Of a DNA stretch of 64,000 nt, positions 8,345-18,191 are shown piece by piece; position 1 is the stretch's first letter, and every line of letters begins with the position of its first letter. Position numbers and translations under genes: made by a program. The notes beneath the pieces are model-generated. The model worked only from the letters and a program-made list of their open reading frames with translations. It had not been told where the DNA came from and did no database searches. This stretch comes from an uncultured Pseudomonadota bacterium. Its GTDB lineage: Bacteria; Oederibacteriota; Muellerivitia; Muellerivitales; Muellerivitaceae. The stretch is taken from positions 78,811-142,810 of the forward strand of contig CAVYRH010000026.1 in assembly GCA_963770835.1 (NCBI GenBank). Reading direction: 5' to 3'.

Positions 8345-11300
8345 ATGGCGATCCAACGAATCTTCCGGGCACTTGCATTCATTCTTTCAGCGTTCCTTTT
8401 GATCTCCGGCCTTGCGAGCAGACCTCTCTTCGCCCAAACAGTCGTCACCACTAATGCCGGGGATGAAAGCGTCAATTCGCTGGGCTGGGCGGTCACCAAC
8501 CTGAACAACCCGGGGGCCGGGGCCATCAGCATTGAGAATTCCGTGGGCCTCATCACCCTGTCGTCATCCCTGTCCGCGTTTCCCGTGGCTTCCCGGGCCG
8601 TAACCTTCCAGGGAACGGCCCCGGGTGTCATCGCCCAAAACGATGCCCAGGCCCAGTTCCTTTTCCAACAGTCTTTTACGCTGGATAATTCCGCCGCCCT
8701 CACGCTGACCAACAACGGGGCTTTGTCCTCGGGGCTGGACGCGGCCATGACCGCGGCTTCCTTCAACCTCTCCTCCAATTCCTCCTTTTCCATTACCGGC
8801 GGTGTTGGTGCCATCAATGCCATCAGCGGAAGCGCCTTTGTCACCCTGGGCACGGCCTCAGCCGCGAGCGGGTCGGCTTTTCAAATCCAGGGCGGAGCGG
8901 GCGCCACCGGCACGGGCGTCGGGGGTGGGAATGGGGGTTCCGCGGCGGTTTCCGCCTCCACCCTGTCCCTTTCGGGCGCGACCGGCATCATCGCCGGCGG
9001 AGCCGGCGGGGCGGATTCCTACACAAACGGCTTTGGGGGGGCCGCCACCCTTTCCGTGGGCTCCCTGAGCCTGGACACCGCGGCCCAATTAACCCTGGCC
9101 GGCGGCAACGGCGGGGCGAACACCGGGGCCGTGGGCAACGGTGGGAACGTTTTTTTGGGCGCCAATTCCGTTTCCTTGACGGGCACGAACACCCAATTAA
9201 CAGTCGCGGGCGGTACCGGGGCCGACACCAATGTGACGAATAACGGGCCCGTCAACGCGGGGAATGGTGGGTCGGTTTCCATCGGGGCGGCTTCCTTGAC
9301 CGTGGACTCCCAGGCCCTCCTCAGCGTGACCGGTGGGTCGGCGGGGACCGTTTTGCCCCCGGGTACAGGCCAGGGTGGAATAGCCGGCGGAGTGACGGTC
9401 GGCCTGGGCACCCTGGCGCTGACCAACGAGGGTTCCATGGGCGTCACCGCGGGGGAAGGCGGCCAGGGAAGCAAGGGGACGGCGGGAGGAAACGCCGAGG
9501 TGACGGCGAACGCCGTGACCCAGGGGACGGGTTCCACCCTCAGCCTCATCACCGGCGCGGGGGGCGGAAACCAAAGCGGCGGCAATTTGTACTTCTACGT
9601 GGGCAGCCAAACCCTGGCCTCAGGGGCCACCTTTATCGCCGCCAGCGGATCGGGCGGCTCGGGAACGGCTATTGGCGGCAGCGGGGGAATGGTTCAAGTG
9701 GATGTGCATGCGGTGAGCCTGGCCTCGGGCTCCCTCTGGGAAATTACGGGCGGCGCGGGGGGAACGGGCACCTCTTCCAACGGCTCGGGCGGGGGCGTTG
9801 ACGCGAACTTGGCCGACCTGGAAGGCCTGGGCGGCACCGTCACCATGGGGGGCTCGGGCCCCCTCACCCTGCAGCTGACGGGCGGTAATTTCGCGGGCGT
9901 GATTGCCGGCGCGGAAGGCCTGCTGGTCAACTCCTATGGCGTGGTGAACCTGTCGGGCAACAACACCTATAGCGGTGGCACCACGCTTTCCAACGGAACC
10001 GTCATCGTCAGTTCGGATGCCAACCTGGGGACGGGGAATATCACTTTGGATGATGGGACGCTGCAAATGGAGGGTCCGCCCGGCATGGGCTTGGTCACCT
10101 CCAAGGCCGTCAGCTTGACCGCGAATGGAGGGACGTTCTACGCGGGTAATACTTCGAGCTTTAATACCTTCTCCGGCGTCATTTCGGGGCCCGGAGGCTT
10201 GGAGATAAACGGGGGCGGGTTGGTTAACTTCGATGCCGTCAACACCTACACCGGTCCGACGACGGTTTTAAACGGAGGACTTTACCTTAACAGCGGCGCC
10301 CAGATCGCCGGGCCCGTGACAGTGGATACCGCGGGGACCCTAATGGGCAATGGGACCGTGTTGGGGGCCGTTTCCAACAACGGAGTAGTGCAAGGAGGGA
10401 CGTCCAATTTCCCCGCGACCCTCACGGTGGCCAGCTACACTCAAACTTCCAACGGCTTTTTGCAGGCCAATCTGTCGCCCACCCAGTCCAGCCTCCTGGC
10501 CGTCAACGGCGTGGCAAACCTGGGCGGCGCGGTGACCGTGGACCAACTGGCGGGGACCTATGACAATTTCCGCTACCGCTACTCGATCCTTTCGGCTGGC
10601 TCCATTTCCAACTCCTTCAACGGTACTTCCGGCACCTATCTGCCGGACTGGGACTCGACTCTCTCCTATAGTTCGGGCCTGGTCAGCCTCATCCTCTACC
10701 GCACCAACGTGGATTACATCCCCTGGGCGGTTGGCGCCAACCAGCTGGCGGTGGCCAAGGCCTTGAACGCGGCCGTTTCCACGGGAAGCGACAGCCTGGC
10801 GGTCAAGCTGAACGAGATCTACGCCCTGCCCTCAGGCCAAGGCGCGGTCCTGGGCCAATTGACGGGCAACCTCTACACGGCCCTTCCCAACGTCCTACTG
10901 GACAACCTCCAGTTCGAGGACAGCCTGCTCTTCGACCGCCTGGACGGCGGGGTGGGAAGCGCGATGGGGGGCGCCCAAGCGGGCCTGGTGCGCGATATCG
11001 TTTCAGCGGAAGTCTCCGGTCCGGCGGGTAACGCGGCGGGGCTGGCCAACCCGGGCGTCGGGGGCTTGTGGGTGGAGAACACCGACAGCGCGGGAACGGT
11101 CAACGGCGATTCCAACAACGGCAGCTTCAACAAGTCCAACTACGGTTTCCTGGCGGGGTATGACACGGAACTTTCAAAGGGTTTCACCGGCGGCATCATG
11201 GGCGGTTATGTGCACACGGACATCACTTCCTCCGACTCCAGCCAAACGGCGGGGATAAACGGTACCCAGTTCGGCCTCTATGGCCGCAAGCAATTCGGCG

Positions 11301-11890
11301 CGTTGGGGGTCGGCCTGGTGGCGGGTTACAGCCTGGACCACTTCACGGCCAACCGCGGCGTTTCCATCGGCAGCGACGTAACCCAGTTAGCGGGGGCCTA
11401 CGACGGCGGCCAGATCCAGGCGGCTCTGCAGGGGGATTACGCCCTGGATTTTTCGGGCTTCACCTTGAAGCCCCTGGTGGGCCTGCAATACGCGCACTTG
11501 AGCGAAAACGCCTTTACCGAAACGGGCTCGGACAGCCTGGCGCTTTCGGTGCCGGCCCAAAGCTACGATTCCTTGAGGCCTTACCTGGGCGTCGAGGGGT
11601 TTCAGTATCTCGCCCTGGACCAGGACCTGGGCCTCCTGCCCCGGGTGAACGTTTCGGTCAGCGAGGAGATGATGGACTCGGCGGCGGGTTTCGCCACGGC
11701 CCTCAACGGAGCTCCCGGCAATTCTTTCACGGTGACCGGCATCACGCCCTCGGCCACCACCATCAGCCTGGAAGCGGGGACAAAGCTGGTTTTCGGCAAG
11801 CAGTTCAACCTCTTCGCCAATTACCAGGGCCACTTCAGCGGGACCGAAAACCTCAATACCTTCAACGGCGGGCTGGACATCGCTTTTTAA
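8345..11890 (+). CDS. Autotransporter (type Va) adhesin-like protein: signal peptide, Gly-rich passenger with autotransporter-associated beta-strand (PATR-like) repeats, C-terminal beta-barrel translocator
   Basis: Signal peptide MAIQRIFRALAFILSAFLLISGLASRPLFAQ. Repeated GGxGG/NGG blocks and PATR-like units (VNLSGNNTYSGGTTLSNGTVIVSSDANLGTGNITLDDGTLQ). C-terminus alternating-hydrophobic, ending ...NTFNGGLDIAF with a terminal aromatic, the beta-barrel signature. Confidence 0.75.
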   Translation: MAIQRIFRALAFILSAFLLISGLASRPLFAQTVVTTNAGDESVNSLGWAVTNLNNPGAGAISIENSVGLITLSSSLSAFPVASRAVTFQGTAPGVIAQNDAQAQFLFQQSFTLDNSAALTLTNNGALSSGLDAAMTAASFNLSSNSSFSITGGVGAINAISGSAFVTLGTASAASGSAFQIQGGAGATGTGVGGGNGGSAAVSASTLSLSGATGIIAGGAGGADSYTNGFGGAATLSVGSLSLDTAAQLTLAGGNGGANTGAVGNGGNVFLGANSVSLTGTNTQLTVAGGTGADTNVTNNGPVNAGNGGSVSIGAASLTVDSQALLSVTGGSAGTVLPPGTGQGGIAGGVTVGLGTLALTNEGSMGVTAGEGGQGSKGTAGGNAEVTANAVTQGTGSTLSLITGAGGGNQSGGNLYFYVGSQTLASGATFIAASGSGGSGTAIGGSGGMVQVDVHAVSLASGSLWEITGGAGGTGTSSNGSGGGVDANLADLEGLGGTVTMGGSGPLTLQLTGGNFAGVIAGAEGLLVNSYGVVNLSGNNTYSGGTTLSNGTVIVSSDANLGTGNITLDDGTLQMEGPPGMGLVTSKAVSLTANGGTFYAGNTSSFNTFSGVISGPGGLEINGGGLVNFDAVNTYTGPTTVLNGGLYLNSGAQIAGPVTVDTAGTLMGNGTVLGAVSNNGVVQGGTSNFPATLTVASYTQTSNGFLQANLSPTQSSLLAVNGVANLGGAVTVDQLAGTYDNFRYRYSILSAGSISNSFNGTSGTYLPDWDSTLSYSSGLVSLILYRTNVDYIPWAVGANQLAVAKALNAAVSTGSDSLAVKLNEIYALPSGQGAVLGQLTGNLYTALPNVLLDNLQFEDSLLFDRLDGGVGSAMGGAQAGLVRDIVSAEVSGPAGNAAGLANPGVGGLWVENTDSAGTVNGDSNNGSFNKSNYGFLAGYDTELSKGFTGGIMGGYVHTDITSSDSSQTAGINGTQFGLYGRKQFGALGVGLVAGYSLDHFTANRGVSIGSDVTQLAGAYDGGQIQAALQGDYALDFSGFTLKPLVGLQYAHLSENAFTETGSDSLALSVPAQSYDSLRPYLGVEGFQYLALDQDLGLLPRVNVSVSEEMMDSAAGFATALNGAPGNSFTVTGITPSATTISLEAGTKLVFGKQFNLFANYQGHFSGTENLNTFNGGLDIAF

Positions 11891-12318
11891 GTCTCCACCT
11901 AAACGTCTATTGGCCGCAAATTTTCGCGAATTTAAAAAACCTCAAGAAAAGAAATTTCATTTTTTTAAGAAATGAGGTGTCGAAGTTTCCTGTAAAAATC
12001 AGCGTCAATCCGTGCAAATTTGCGGCTAATGCCTTTTTTGCTTCAACCGCCGTTTTTAGGCCTCCAGCTTCCGTTTTCGTTCCCCCTTCAAGGGCCTCCA
12101 ACCCGGCATACGACGTCTAAAAGAGGTAACCTCTGAAAGACCCACTTCCGACGCCTAATGTCATCGGAGCGGACCGAAGGGCCCCCGTTTTGATTGAAAA
12201 CTTAGGTTCTTCGTCCGAAAGGGCCTCTGGATGGCAACGACAAGGATAGTTTTTCAGAGGTTATCCATTTATCCAACTCAACCGGTTCGGGGAAGGACCG
12301 GGTCGAAAGGAAAATCCC

Positions 12319-12588
12319 ATGATCTGCAGCGAAAAAGTCGTCGTGAGGCAGCCTTACGGCCTTCATTTGAGGGCCGCCGTGAAGTTGATCCTGGTCAGCC
12401 GGAAATTCAAAAGCCGCATTACGTTCAAGAAAGGCCGGGCCGAGGCAAGCGCCCAAAGCATCCTGGGGATCATGAACCTGGCGGCTGCCCATGGGACGGA
12501 GTTAGAAGTTATTTCGGAAGGGGAAGACGCGGGGGAAGCCCTGGAGCAAATCCGGGATCTATTCGAACATCCCCAGAGTTGGTCTTAA
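12319..12588 (+). CDS. ptsH: HPr-family phosphocarrier protein
   Basis: 89 aa; GLHLRAAVKL (HPr active-site His region, GLHARPA-like) and KSILGIMNL...G.ELEVISEGEDAGEAL matching HPr architecture. No enzyme I or EII genes nearby. Confidence 0.65.
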   Translation: MICSEKVVVRQPYGLHLRAAVKLILVSRKFKSRITFKKGRAEASAQSILGIMNLAAAHGTELEVISEGEDAGEALEQIRDLFEHPQSWS

Positions 12589-12609
12589 TTCGACGGGTTG
12601 CCGCGGAGT

Positions 12610-13452
12610 TCAGGCCGGAATGAGCGAGTCGTAGGTCCGGATCTTGGCGATGACTTCTTCGATCAGGTAATCGGGGGTCGAGGCGCCGGCGGTAATGCCC
12701 ACCTTGTTCTTACCCTCAAACCACTTCGGGTCCAACTCCTGGGCCGTTTCCACGTGATGGGTGGCGTCGGGCAGGTTCATCATGCAAGTATCCGCCAGCT
12801 TGTGGGTGTTGCTTGAGTTCCGTCCCCCGATGACGATCATGATGTCCACGTTCTTCGAGAGCGCGGCGGCGGCGGTTTGGCGGTCCTTGGTGGGCTTGCA
12901 GATGGTATTGATGGGCACCACCTCGGCGCAGCGGGCCCTCAAGAGGCCCACGAACAGGTCGAATTTTTCCATTAAAAGTGTGCTCTGGCAGACCACCCCG
13001 ATCTTGGAACCCTCGGGGACCGTTTGGATATCCTCCTCGTGGTACACGATCAAGGGGTTCTTCATGCGGCTGGCGATGCCCTTCACTTCCACGTGGTGGG
13101 GATCGCCGATGATGACGATCTGCAAACCCTGGTTCTGGAGCTTGATGCCCTCGTTGTAGATCTTGGTCACCAGGGGGCAAGTCGTATCGATGATCTCCAG
13201 GTTCCGGTCTTTCATCTGGCCGATCACGTTGATATCCAGGCCGTGGGCAGTGATGACCACCTTGTTGTCCTCCACCTCTTCCAGCTTGTGCACGATCTTC
13301 TTGTTGAGGGAGGCCAGGCGGGCCACTTCCTGCGGGTTGTGGATGAGGGAACCGAAGATGAAGGCGCGGTCCATGGTTTCGGCCTTCTGAATAGCCTTCT
13401 TCACGCCGAAGCAGAACCCGGCGGCGTTGGCGATTTGGATTTCCCTAGGCAT
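12610..13452 (-). CDS. ispH: 4-hydroxy-3-methylbut-2-enyl diphosphate reductase (IspH/LytB)
   Basis: AGFCFGVKKAI, ITAHGL, IDTTCPLV, VIIGDPHHVEV and GASTP motifs of IspH. Start taken at the internal Met (MPREIQI); the upstream part of ORF 12610..13539 translates an inverted-repeat-rich intergenic region. Confidence 0.85.
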   Translation of the reverse strand: MPREIQIANAAGFCFGVKKAIQKAETMDRAFIFGSLIHNPQEVARLASLNKKIVHKLEEVEDNKVVITAHGLDINVIGQMKDRNLEIIDTTCPLVTKIYNEGIKLQNQGLQIVIIGDPHHVEVKGIASRMKNPLIVYHEEDIQTVPEGSKIGVVCQSTLLMEKFDLFVGLLRARCAEVVPINTICKPTKDRQTAAAALSKNVDIMIVIGGRNSSNTHKLADTCMMNLPDATHHVETAQELDPKWFEGKNKVGITAGASTPDYLIEEVIAKIRTYDSLIPA

Positions 13453-13665
13453 ATTTTCTTCCTTCGGAAGAGTTTTGAGTTCTAAATTTTGAGTTTTAAG
13501 TTTTGGAGGTTTTTCAATCAAAGATTGAAAAACATTCATTAACTTCGAACTAAGAACTCAGAACTTAAAACTGAAAGTCCTTGGCGAGGCCAATTCAAAC
13601 AGTGAAGGGATTATATATAATGCCCGAGCTGAAATGTATCCCCCGAGCAAGCCAAGGACTTTCAC

Positions 13666-16600
13666 ATGCCGGTTTCCCTCTATTTAGGCCCCTACCAGCC
13701 TTTCCTGGAAGACGAACTAGCCTCAGCGGTTAAAACCTTCCGTCAATCCGACCCTTTGTCGCCTTTGGTTGTCCTGGTTCCCAACCGGGCCCTGGTGCGC
13801 CACCTGGGCCAGGCCCTGGCCCGGGCCAACGGATCGGCCGTGAACGTCCGGGTGCTGACCCTGCACCAATACCTCCTCGAATTCACCGAAGAAAAATGGA
13901 TCAAGGAAGAAACCCGGTTCTTGCCGGAGTCCATCGTTCCCTGGGTACTGCGCGAGAACACCAAAAAAATCCGGCCCAAGGGGGACGGGCCTTTCGCGGC
14001 GGTGGACAAGACACCCGGGTTCCCCAAGACCCTGCGGGCCACCCTTTCGGAACTGCGCCAAGGGGGGTTCACGGCCAAGGAACTCGCGGAATCCGCCAAG
14101 GCCATCGGCAAAGCCCGCGACCGCAAGCGCCTGTCCGATAAATTGGCCGAATTCGCCGCTCTTTTGGACGAGAACCAGCAATGGAAAGCCAAGAACCGTT
14201 GGAAGGACCGGGAAGATCTCTATGAGGAAGCGTTGGCGCTTAAGCCCCCCGCCGCCCGGTTTTGGACCTATGGCTTCTATGACGCCTCGTCCCTCCAGAA
14301 GAAGGTCCTTCAGCATCTTTGCGGGAGCCAGGACTCCCAATGGTTCATTCCTTATGAAGGGGACCATCCGGCTTTTGAGTACGCGAAGCCATTCGTGGAA
14401 TGGGCGGGCAAGCTTGGGGAAGTGAAAAAAGAAGGAAAGTTTAAAAGCGGGAAGGGAACGGCGCTGGGAAGACTGCAGGACAACTTATTCAGGCCCGAAA
14501 ATACCCCTCACCCTGCCCCTCTCCCGCAAGGGGCGAGGGAATCTAGTTCTCCTTCTCCCTCGAGGGGAGAAGGAAGGGATGAGGGTGACTTTGATTCTTC
14601 TGACGTAAAGATCCTGCTTTGCCCCGGTGAACCGCGGGAGATGCGGGAGGTGGTGCGGGCCGCCACCGAAGAGGCCGAAAGACGAAAGACCCATTTTTCC
14701 AAATGTGGATTGATTCTTCGCCAATTCGAGACCTACCGGCGCATGATCGTCCCCGCCTTTGACGGCCAGGGCGTCCCCCTGGCCAAGAAGCCTCCGGTAT
14801 TCCTGATGGAGACCCCGGAGGCCAAGGCCTTCCTGCTCCTGCTCGAATGTTTCCAGGCGGAGTTCCCCCGGGAAACGCTGATGGATTTCCTGGCCTGCCC
14901 AAACCTGGACCCCGGGGGGTTCGGGGTGGGGGAAGAGGATTGGAACCCCCACCTTTGGGACCAAGCCTCCAAGGAAGCGGGTGTTGTGGAGGGGGAGGGG
15001 GCTTGGATCGACCGCCTGAAAGAATACGAAAGGCCCAGGTCCGGCAAGAGCTCGTTCGAAGAGGAGGGGATTTCCACGGGAGAATCCATGTCCCTTTCCG
15101 CCTTCCGGGTGAAAGTGCTTCAAACGCTTTTCGACGCAAGGCACAGGTTCGACAAGGAAAAGAATTGGGTCGGGAAGACCGGAATCCTTTTCGACCTGGC
15201 CGAGATGCTTTTTATTAAGTCCGACGCGAAAGAAGAGTTGAAAACCCTGCGGCGGGGAGTGGAGATCCTATCCAAAGAATCCTTCAAGGTGGAAAATGAT
15301 GAAATCAAAGCCCTTCTCTCCGGCCTGATGGAAGAGGTGAAGATTCCATGGAAGACGCCCGAGGCGGGCGGGGTCGAGGTGTCGGACCTCATGCAGGCCC
15401 GGGGCGTGCCCTTCGACGTGCTGGTCCTGCCCGGCTTGGTGGAACAGGGTTTCCCCCGGGTACCCCGTCCCGACCCGCTGCTCTTGGATGAGGAAAGGCG
15501 CATCCTCAATGAACGCTTTTCCGGCAAGGCCAAGGTGCCGGAAAAGGCCGAGGGGCGGCTGGAAGAGAAACTGCTTTTCCTCCTCGCGGTGCGAAGCGCC
15601 CGGGAATGCGTCATCCTCACCGCGTCCCACCTGCATCCCGGCACGGGCGCCCCCCGGGTCCCTTCCAGTTATCTCCATGAAACCCTGCGGGCGGTCACGG
15701 GCGAGCGCCAGGCCCAGTGGGGCGGGGATTCCCCCTATGTCCGAAAGGTCGCGGTGTCCGATTGGGTGCGCGACGGGGGCGAGGTGCGCGTGGACGACCT
15801 GGAAGAAGTCTTGAGCCGTTTCCAGGAAGCCCGGGAGGGGAACCCCCTGCCCGCCCAAGCCTATGCCGCCCGGAAACCCTTCTTCGACGAGGCGCGCAAG
15901 ATGCTCAAAGAGCGCCAGGGAACCCGCAAGTTCACGCCCTATGACGGGGTCTTCCAGGACGCCGCCGCCGTGGAAAAGCTGCGCCAGGACCATTCCCTCA
16001 AGGCCAAGACCCTCTCGGCCTCGCGGCTGGAGACCTACGCCGCCTGCCCGCTGCGGTATTTCTACCGTTATGTGCTGGGGCTCAAGGTCCATCCTGAACC
16101 GGAGCGGGTCTTCCAATTAGACCCGGCGGAAAAGGGCAATCTCATGCATTCGATATTGGAAGAGACCCTGGCCCGGGGCAAGAAGGACGGCTGGCTGAGG
16201 GACCGGGACGGCGAAAAGGCCGCTCGGGCCCTCGAGGAAGAGACCCAAAAGGCCTTCCAAAATTTCGAGAAAGAGGGGGTGACGGGTTCCCAGGCCCTCT
16301 GGCAATGGAGCCAATTCAGCCTGCGGAAGGACCTGCAACGGGCCCTGCGGAAGGTGCTGGCGGATAAGGATTGGACCCCGGTGGATTTCGAGAAGGCCTT
16401 CGGGCGCGAGGGCCAGCCCGAGGTAATTTTTGAGACCCCGGCAGGAACCTTCCGGCTGGAAGGCTTCATGGACCGGGTGGACCTTTCCCCGGACGGCAAA
16501 CGGTTAAGGGTGCTGGATTACAAGTCGGGGAGCAAGACGGGTTTCGCCAATGACAGCGTGAAGGAAGGCACCAAAATACAGATGCCGCTTTACCTTTGGG

Positions 16601-16905
16601 CCTGCCGGACCCTTTATCCGGGAGTTGTTCCTGAGGAAGCGGTCTATGAGTTCCTTACCGCTAAAGGGGACTATGGGTCGGTTTATTTCGAAGCCACCGA
16701 TTGGAAAAAGGTGGAAGAACCTTTGAAAGCACTCCTGACCACGGCGGCGGAAGCGGTGGACCAAGGTCTTTTCCCCGCGGCTGCCAAGGCTTGCGATAAC
16801 TGCGATTACCGGATTTTGTGCGGACCAGGAGCGGAAAAGCGGGGTGCGCGGAAGAAGGAAGATATGAGAGTTGAGAATTATTTCAAGTTGGAGGAATTAT
16901 CATGA
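13666..16905 (+). CDS. addB: AddB/RexB-like helicase-nuclease subunit (inactivated-helicase N-terminus, C-terminal PD-(D/E)XK nuclease with Fe-S cysteines)
   Basis: 1079 aa directly upstream of addA. C-terminal nuclease motif VLDYKSGSK and Cys cluster ...AKACDNCDYRILCG. Carries an in-frame 86-bp palindromic element (14504..14589). The last ~15 codons are low-GC. Confidence 0.75.
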   Translation: MPVSLYLGPYQPFLEDELASAVKTFRQSDPLSPLVVLVPNRALVRHLGQALARANGSAVNVRVLTLHQYLLEFTEEKWIKEETRFLPESIVPWVLRENTKKIRPKGDGPFAAVDKTPGFPKTLRATLSELRQGGFTAKELAESAKAIGKARDRKRLSDKLAEFAALLDENQQWKAKNRWKDREDLYEEALALKPPAARFWTYGFYDASSLQKKVLQHLCGSQDSQWFIPYEGDHPAFEYAKPFVEWAGKLGEVKKEGKFKSGKGTALGRLQDNLFRPENTPHPAPLPQGARESSSPSPSRGEGRDEGDFDSSDVKILLCPGEPREMREVVRAATEEAERRKTHFSKCGLILRQFETYRRMIVPAFDGQGVPLAKKPPVFLMETPEAKAFLLLLECFQAEFPRETLMDFLACPNLDPGGFGVGEEDWNPHLWDQASKEAGVVEGEGAWIDRLKEYERPRSGKSSFEEEGISTGESMSLSAFRVKVLQTLFDARHRFDKEKNWVGKTGILFDLAEMLFIKSDAKEELKTLRRGVEILSKESFKVENDEIKALLSGLMEEVKIPWKTPEAGGVEVSDLMQARGVPFDVLVLPGLVEQGFPRVPRPDPLLLDEERRILNERFSGKAKVPEKAEGRLEEKLLFLLAVRSARECVILTASHLHPGTGAPRVPSSYLHETLRAVTGERQAQWGGDSPYVRKVAVSDWVRDGGEVRVDDLEEVLSRFQEAREGNPLPAQAYAARKPFFDEARKMLKERQGTRKFTPYDGVFQDAAAVEKLRQDHSLKAKTLSASRLETYAACPLRYFYRYVLGLKVHPEPERVFQLDPAEKGNLMHSILEETLARGKKDGWLRDRDGEKAARALEEETQKAFQNFEKEGVTGSQALWQWSQFSLRKDLQRALRKVLADKDWTPVDFEKAFGREGQPEVIFETPAGTFRLEGFMDRVDLSPDGKRLRVLDYKSGSKTGFANDSVKEGTKIQMPLYLWACRTLYPGVVPEEAVYEFLTAKGDYGSVYFEATDWKKVEEPLKALLTTAAEAVDQGLFPAAAKACDNCDYRILCGPGAEKRGARKKEDMRVENYFKLEELS
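14504..14589 (+). mobile_element. Miniature TIR-bounded double-hairpin element inserted in-frame in addB
   Basis: cccctcaccctgcccctctcccgcaaggggcgagggaatctagttctccttctccctcgaggggagaaggaagggatgagggtgact: termini cctcaccct / agggtgac are inverted. Two internal hairpins (ccctctccc-gcaa-ggggcgaggg and ccttctccc-tcga-gggagaagg). No stop codons; encodes PHPAPLPQGARESSSPSPSRGEGRDEGD. Near-identical copy in addA. Confidence 0.7.
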
Positions 16906-17531
16906 GACGAGTGGATAAAAAGTTTATTTTTCTTTATTTTTTTATCGGATTTTCTCCAATCCTTTTCGCGCAAAATGAGTCAAACCAAAATCCTAATCCT
17001 CGGATACCAGAATTACATTCGGACAGTGACGGTGCAATAACACCCACAGCTGTGGAAACTCATCCATATGGAATAGGTATATCTTCAAATCCAATTTGGA
17101 AAACTCGAAACGACGAAGAAATCGTAAGTAAATCCAATGAATTTCTTAAAAATCTGTTCGGCGATAAGTGGTTTGATCACTATTCCGTTTTCAGAATTAA
17201 AAAGAACAATATTCTTAGTCCTGATTATTTTAAAAATTCGAAGGAACATTTAAGCCATGCTTTCGTTGTATTTGTGGAATACAGCTTTTCCGGGCCAAAA
17301 AATTTAAAATCAATAAGTGACGATAAAATCATAAATGGCGTAAGACATGCATGGGTTGGTCCATGGATGATCTTTCATTTGGATTGTACGGAAGCAAATG
17401 ATTCTGGAACTCTGAAGTTCGAATACGGTTCAAATATTGTTCCGCCCTATGATGTCGCTAAGTTGATATCGGCACAAACGCGACAGACACTGCGAAAAAA
17501 GCCGGTTATGACGTTCAATTCAGCTCTTTAA
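16902..17531 (+). CDS. Hypothetical secreted protein encoded in a low-GC island
   Basis: 209 aa with hydrophobic N-terminus FIFLYFFIGFSPILFAQ. Local GC far below the flanking genes; ATGA overlap with the addB stop. Confidence 0.45.
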   Translation: MRRVDKKFIFLYFFIGFSPILFAQNESNQNPNPRIPELHSDSDGAITPTAVETHPYGIGISSNPIWKTRNDEEIVSKSNEFLKNLFGDKWFDHYSVFRIKKNNILSPDYFKNSKEHLSHAFVVFVEYSFSGPKNLKSISDDKIINGVRHAWVGPWMIFHLDCTEANDSGTLKFEYGSNIVPPYDVAKLISAQTRQTLRKKPVMTFNSAL

Positions 17532-17749
17532 GCTTAATAACTACCCCAAAGATGTTGGGAAAAATTTCATTACTTGTTCCCGGCTATTCCTCAGTCTTTA
17601 AAAATTCCGGTATGGTCGAAGTAAATGCGGAAGATTCATCGATTTTATACAGGGGTTTTCCAACGGGGGGACCGATATTAGTTCCTATTACGAGTCAGTT
17701 CAAAAAGAAGTAAGGTCCAAGAAGAAGGAGTTCTTATTGATCTTTGATC

Positions 17750-17883
17750 AACTAATACGGGACCGGGTCACCCACGACCATGAAACCCTTTTCGCGGTGG
17801 ACGCGGGGGCGGGAACGGGGAAGACCACGCTCCTGGTTTCCCGGCTCATCGCGCTCTTGGTCGAAAACAGGATTGCGGCCTAA
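17750..17883 (+). pseudogene. Diverged duplicate of the addA 5' end (Walker A region), truncated by a stop
   Basis: Translates DRVTHDHETLFAVDAGAGTGKTTLLVSRLIALLVENRIAA*. Includes a 32-nt exact match to addA 18830-18861 (accacgctcctggtttcccggctcatcgcgct), but flanks are diverged. Confidence 0.65.
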
Positions 17884-17904
17884 TGACTGTTCTTTTGAAT
17901 CCGC

Positions 17905-17953
17905 TTGATTTTCATTGGTCGCTATGAGAATATGACCATGATATATAGTCATA
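17905..17953 (+). promoter_or_regulatory. Putative sigma70 promoter (TTGATT-17-GAATAT) with overlapping inverted repeat tatgac-N11-gtcata, upstream of the antitoxin gene
   Basis: Read directly: ttgattttcattggtcgctatgagaatatgaccatgatatatagtcata, followed by RBS aaggaga and ATG at 17964. Confidence 0.35.
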
Positions 17954-17963
17954 AGGAGAAACC

Positions 17964-18191
17964 ATGAAAACCATCGCCGCCGGTGAATTTAAGGCCAAGT
18001 GCCTTTCCCTATTGGATGAGGTCAGCCGCGCCCATGAAACCATCGTGGTGACCAAACGGGGGATTCCCGTGGCAAAGGTGGCCCCGGTACTTAAAGAAAA
18101 GGGCGGCCGCCATGCTTCCCTTCGCGGGAGCATTTTGGCAGAGAAAAACCTTATCCATCCGATCGGGGATAGCTGGGAAGCCGAGCAATGA
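17964..18191 (+). CDS. Type II antitoxin, Phd/YefM/VapB-like
   Basis: 75 aa; MKTIAAGEFKAKCLSLLDEVSRAHETIVVTKRGIPVAKVAPV matches the Phd/YefM fold. 4-nt overlap with the downstream PIN gene. Confidence 0.7.
   Translation: MKTIAAGEFKAKCLSLLDEVSRAHETIVVTKRGIPVAKVAPVLKEKGGRHASLRGSILAEKNLIHPIGDSWEAEQ

Noticed and set aside
9019-9610. Pro-rich minus-strand ORFs inside the autotransporter gene
   Set aside because: They are reverse-frame translations of the Gly-rich (GGN) passenger repeats; the plus strand has a signal peptide and a beta-barrel terminus.
12102-12260. Possible 6S RNA or riboswitch upstream of ptsH
   Set aside because: Hairpins are present but I could not recognise any defined riboswitch or 6S consensus by eye; kept only as a generic structured-RNA candidate in findings.
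13453-13539. N-terminal 29-aa extension of ispH (MNVFQSLIEKPPKLKTQNLELKTLPKEEN)
   Set aside because: It translates the inverted-repeat-rich intergenic DNA; IspH homology begins at the internal Met at 13452.
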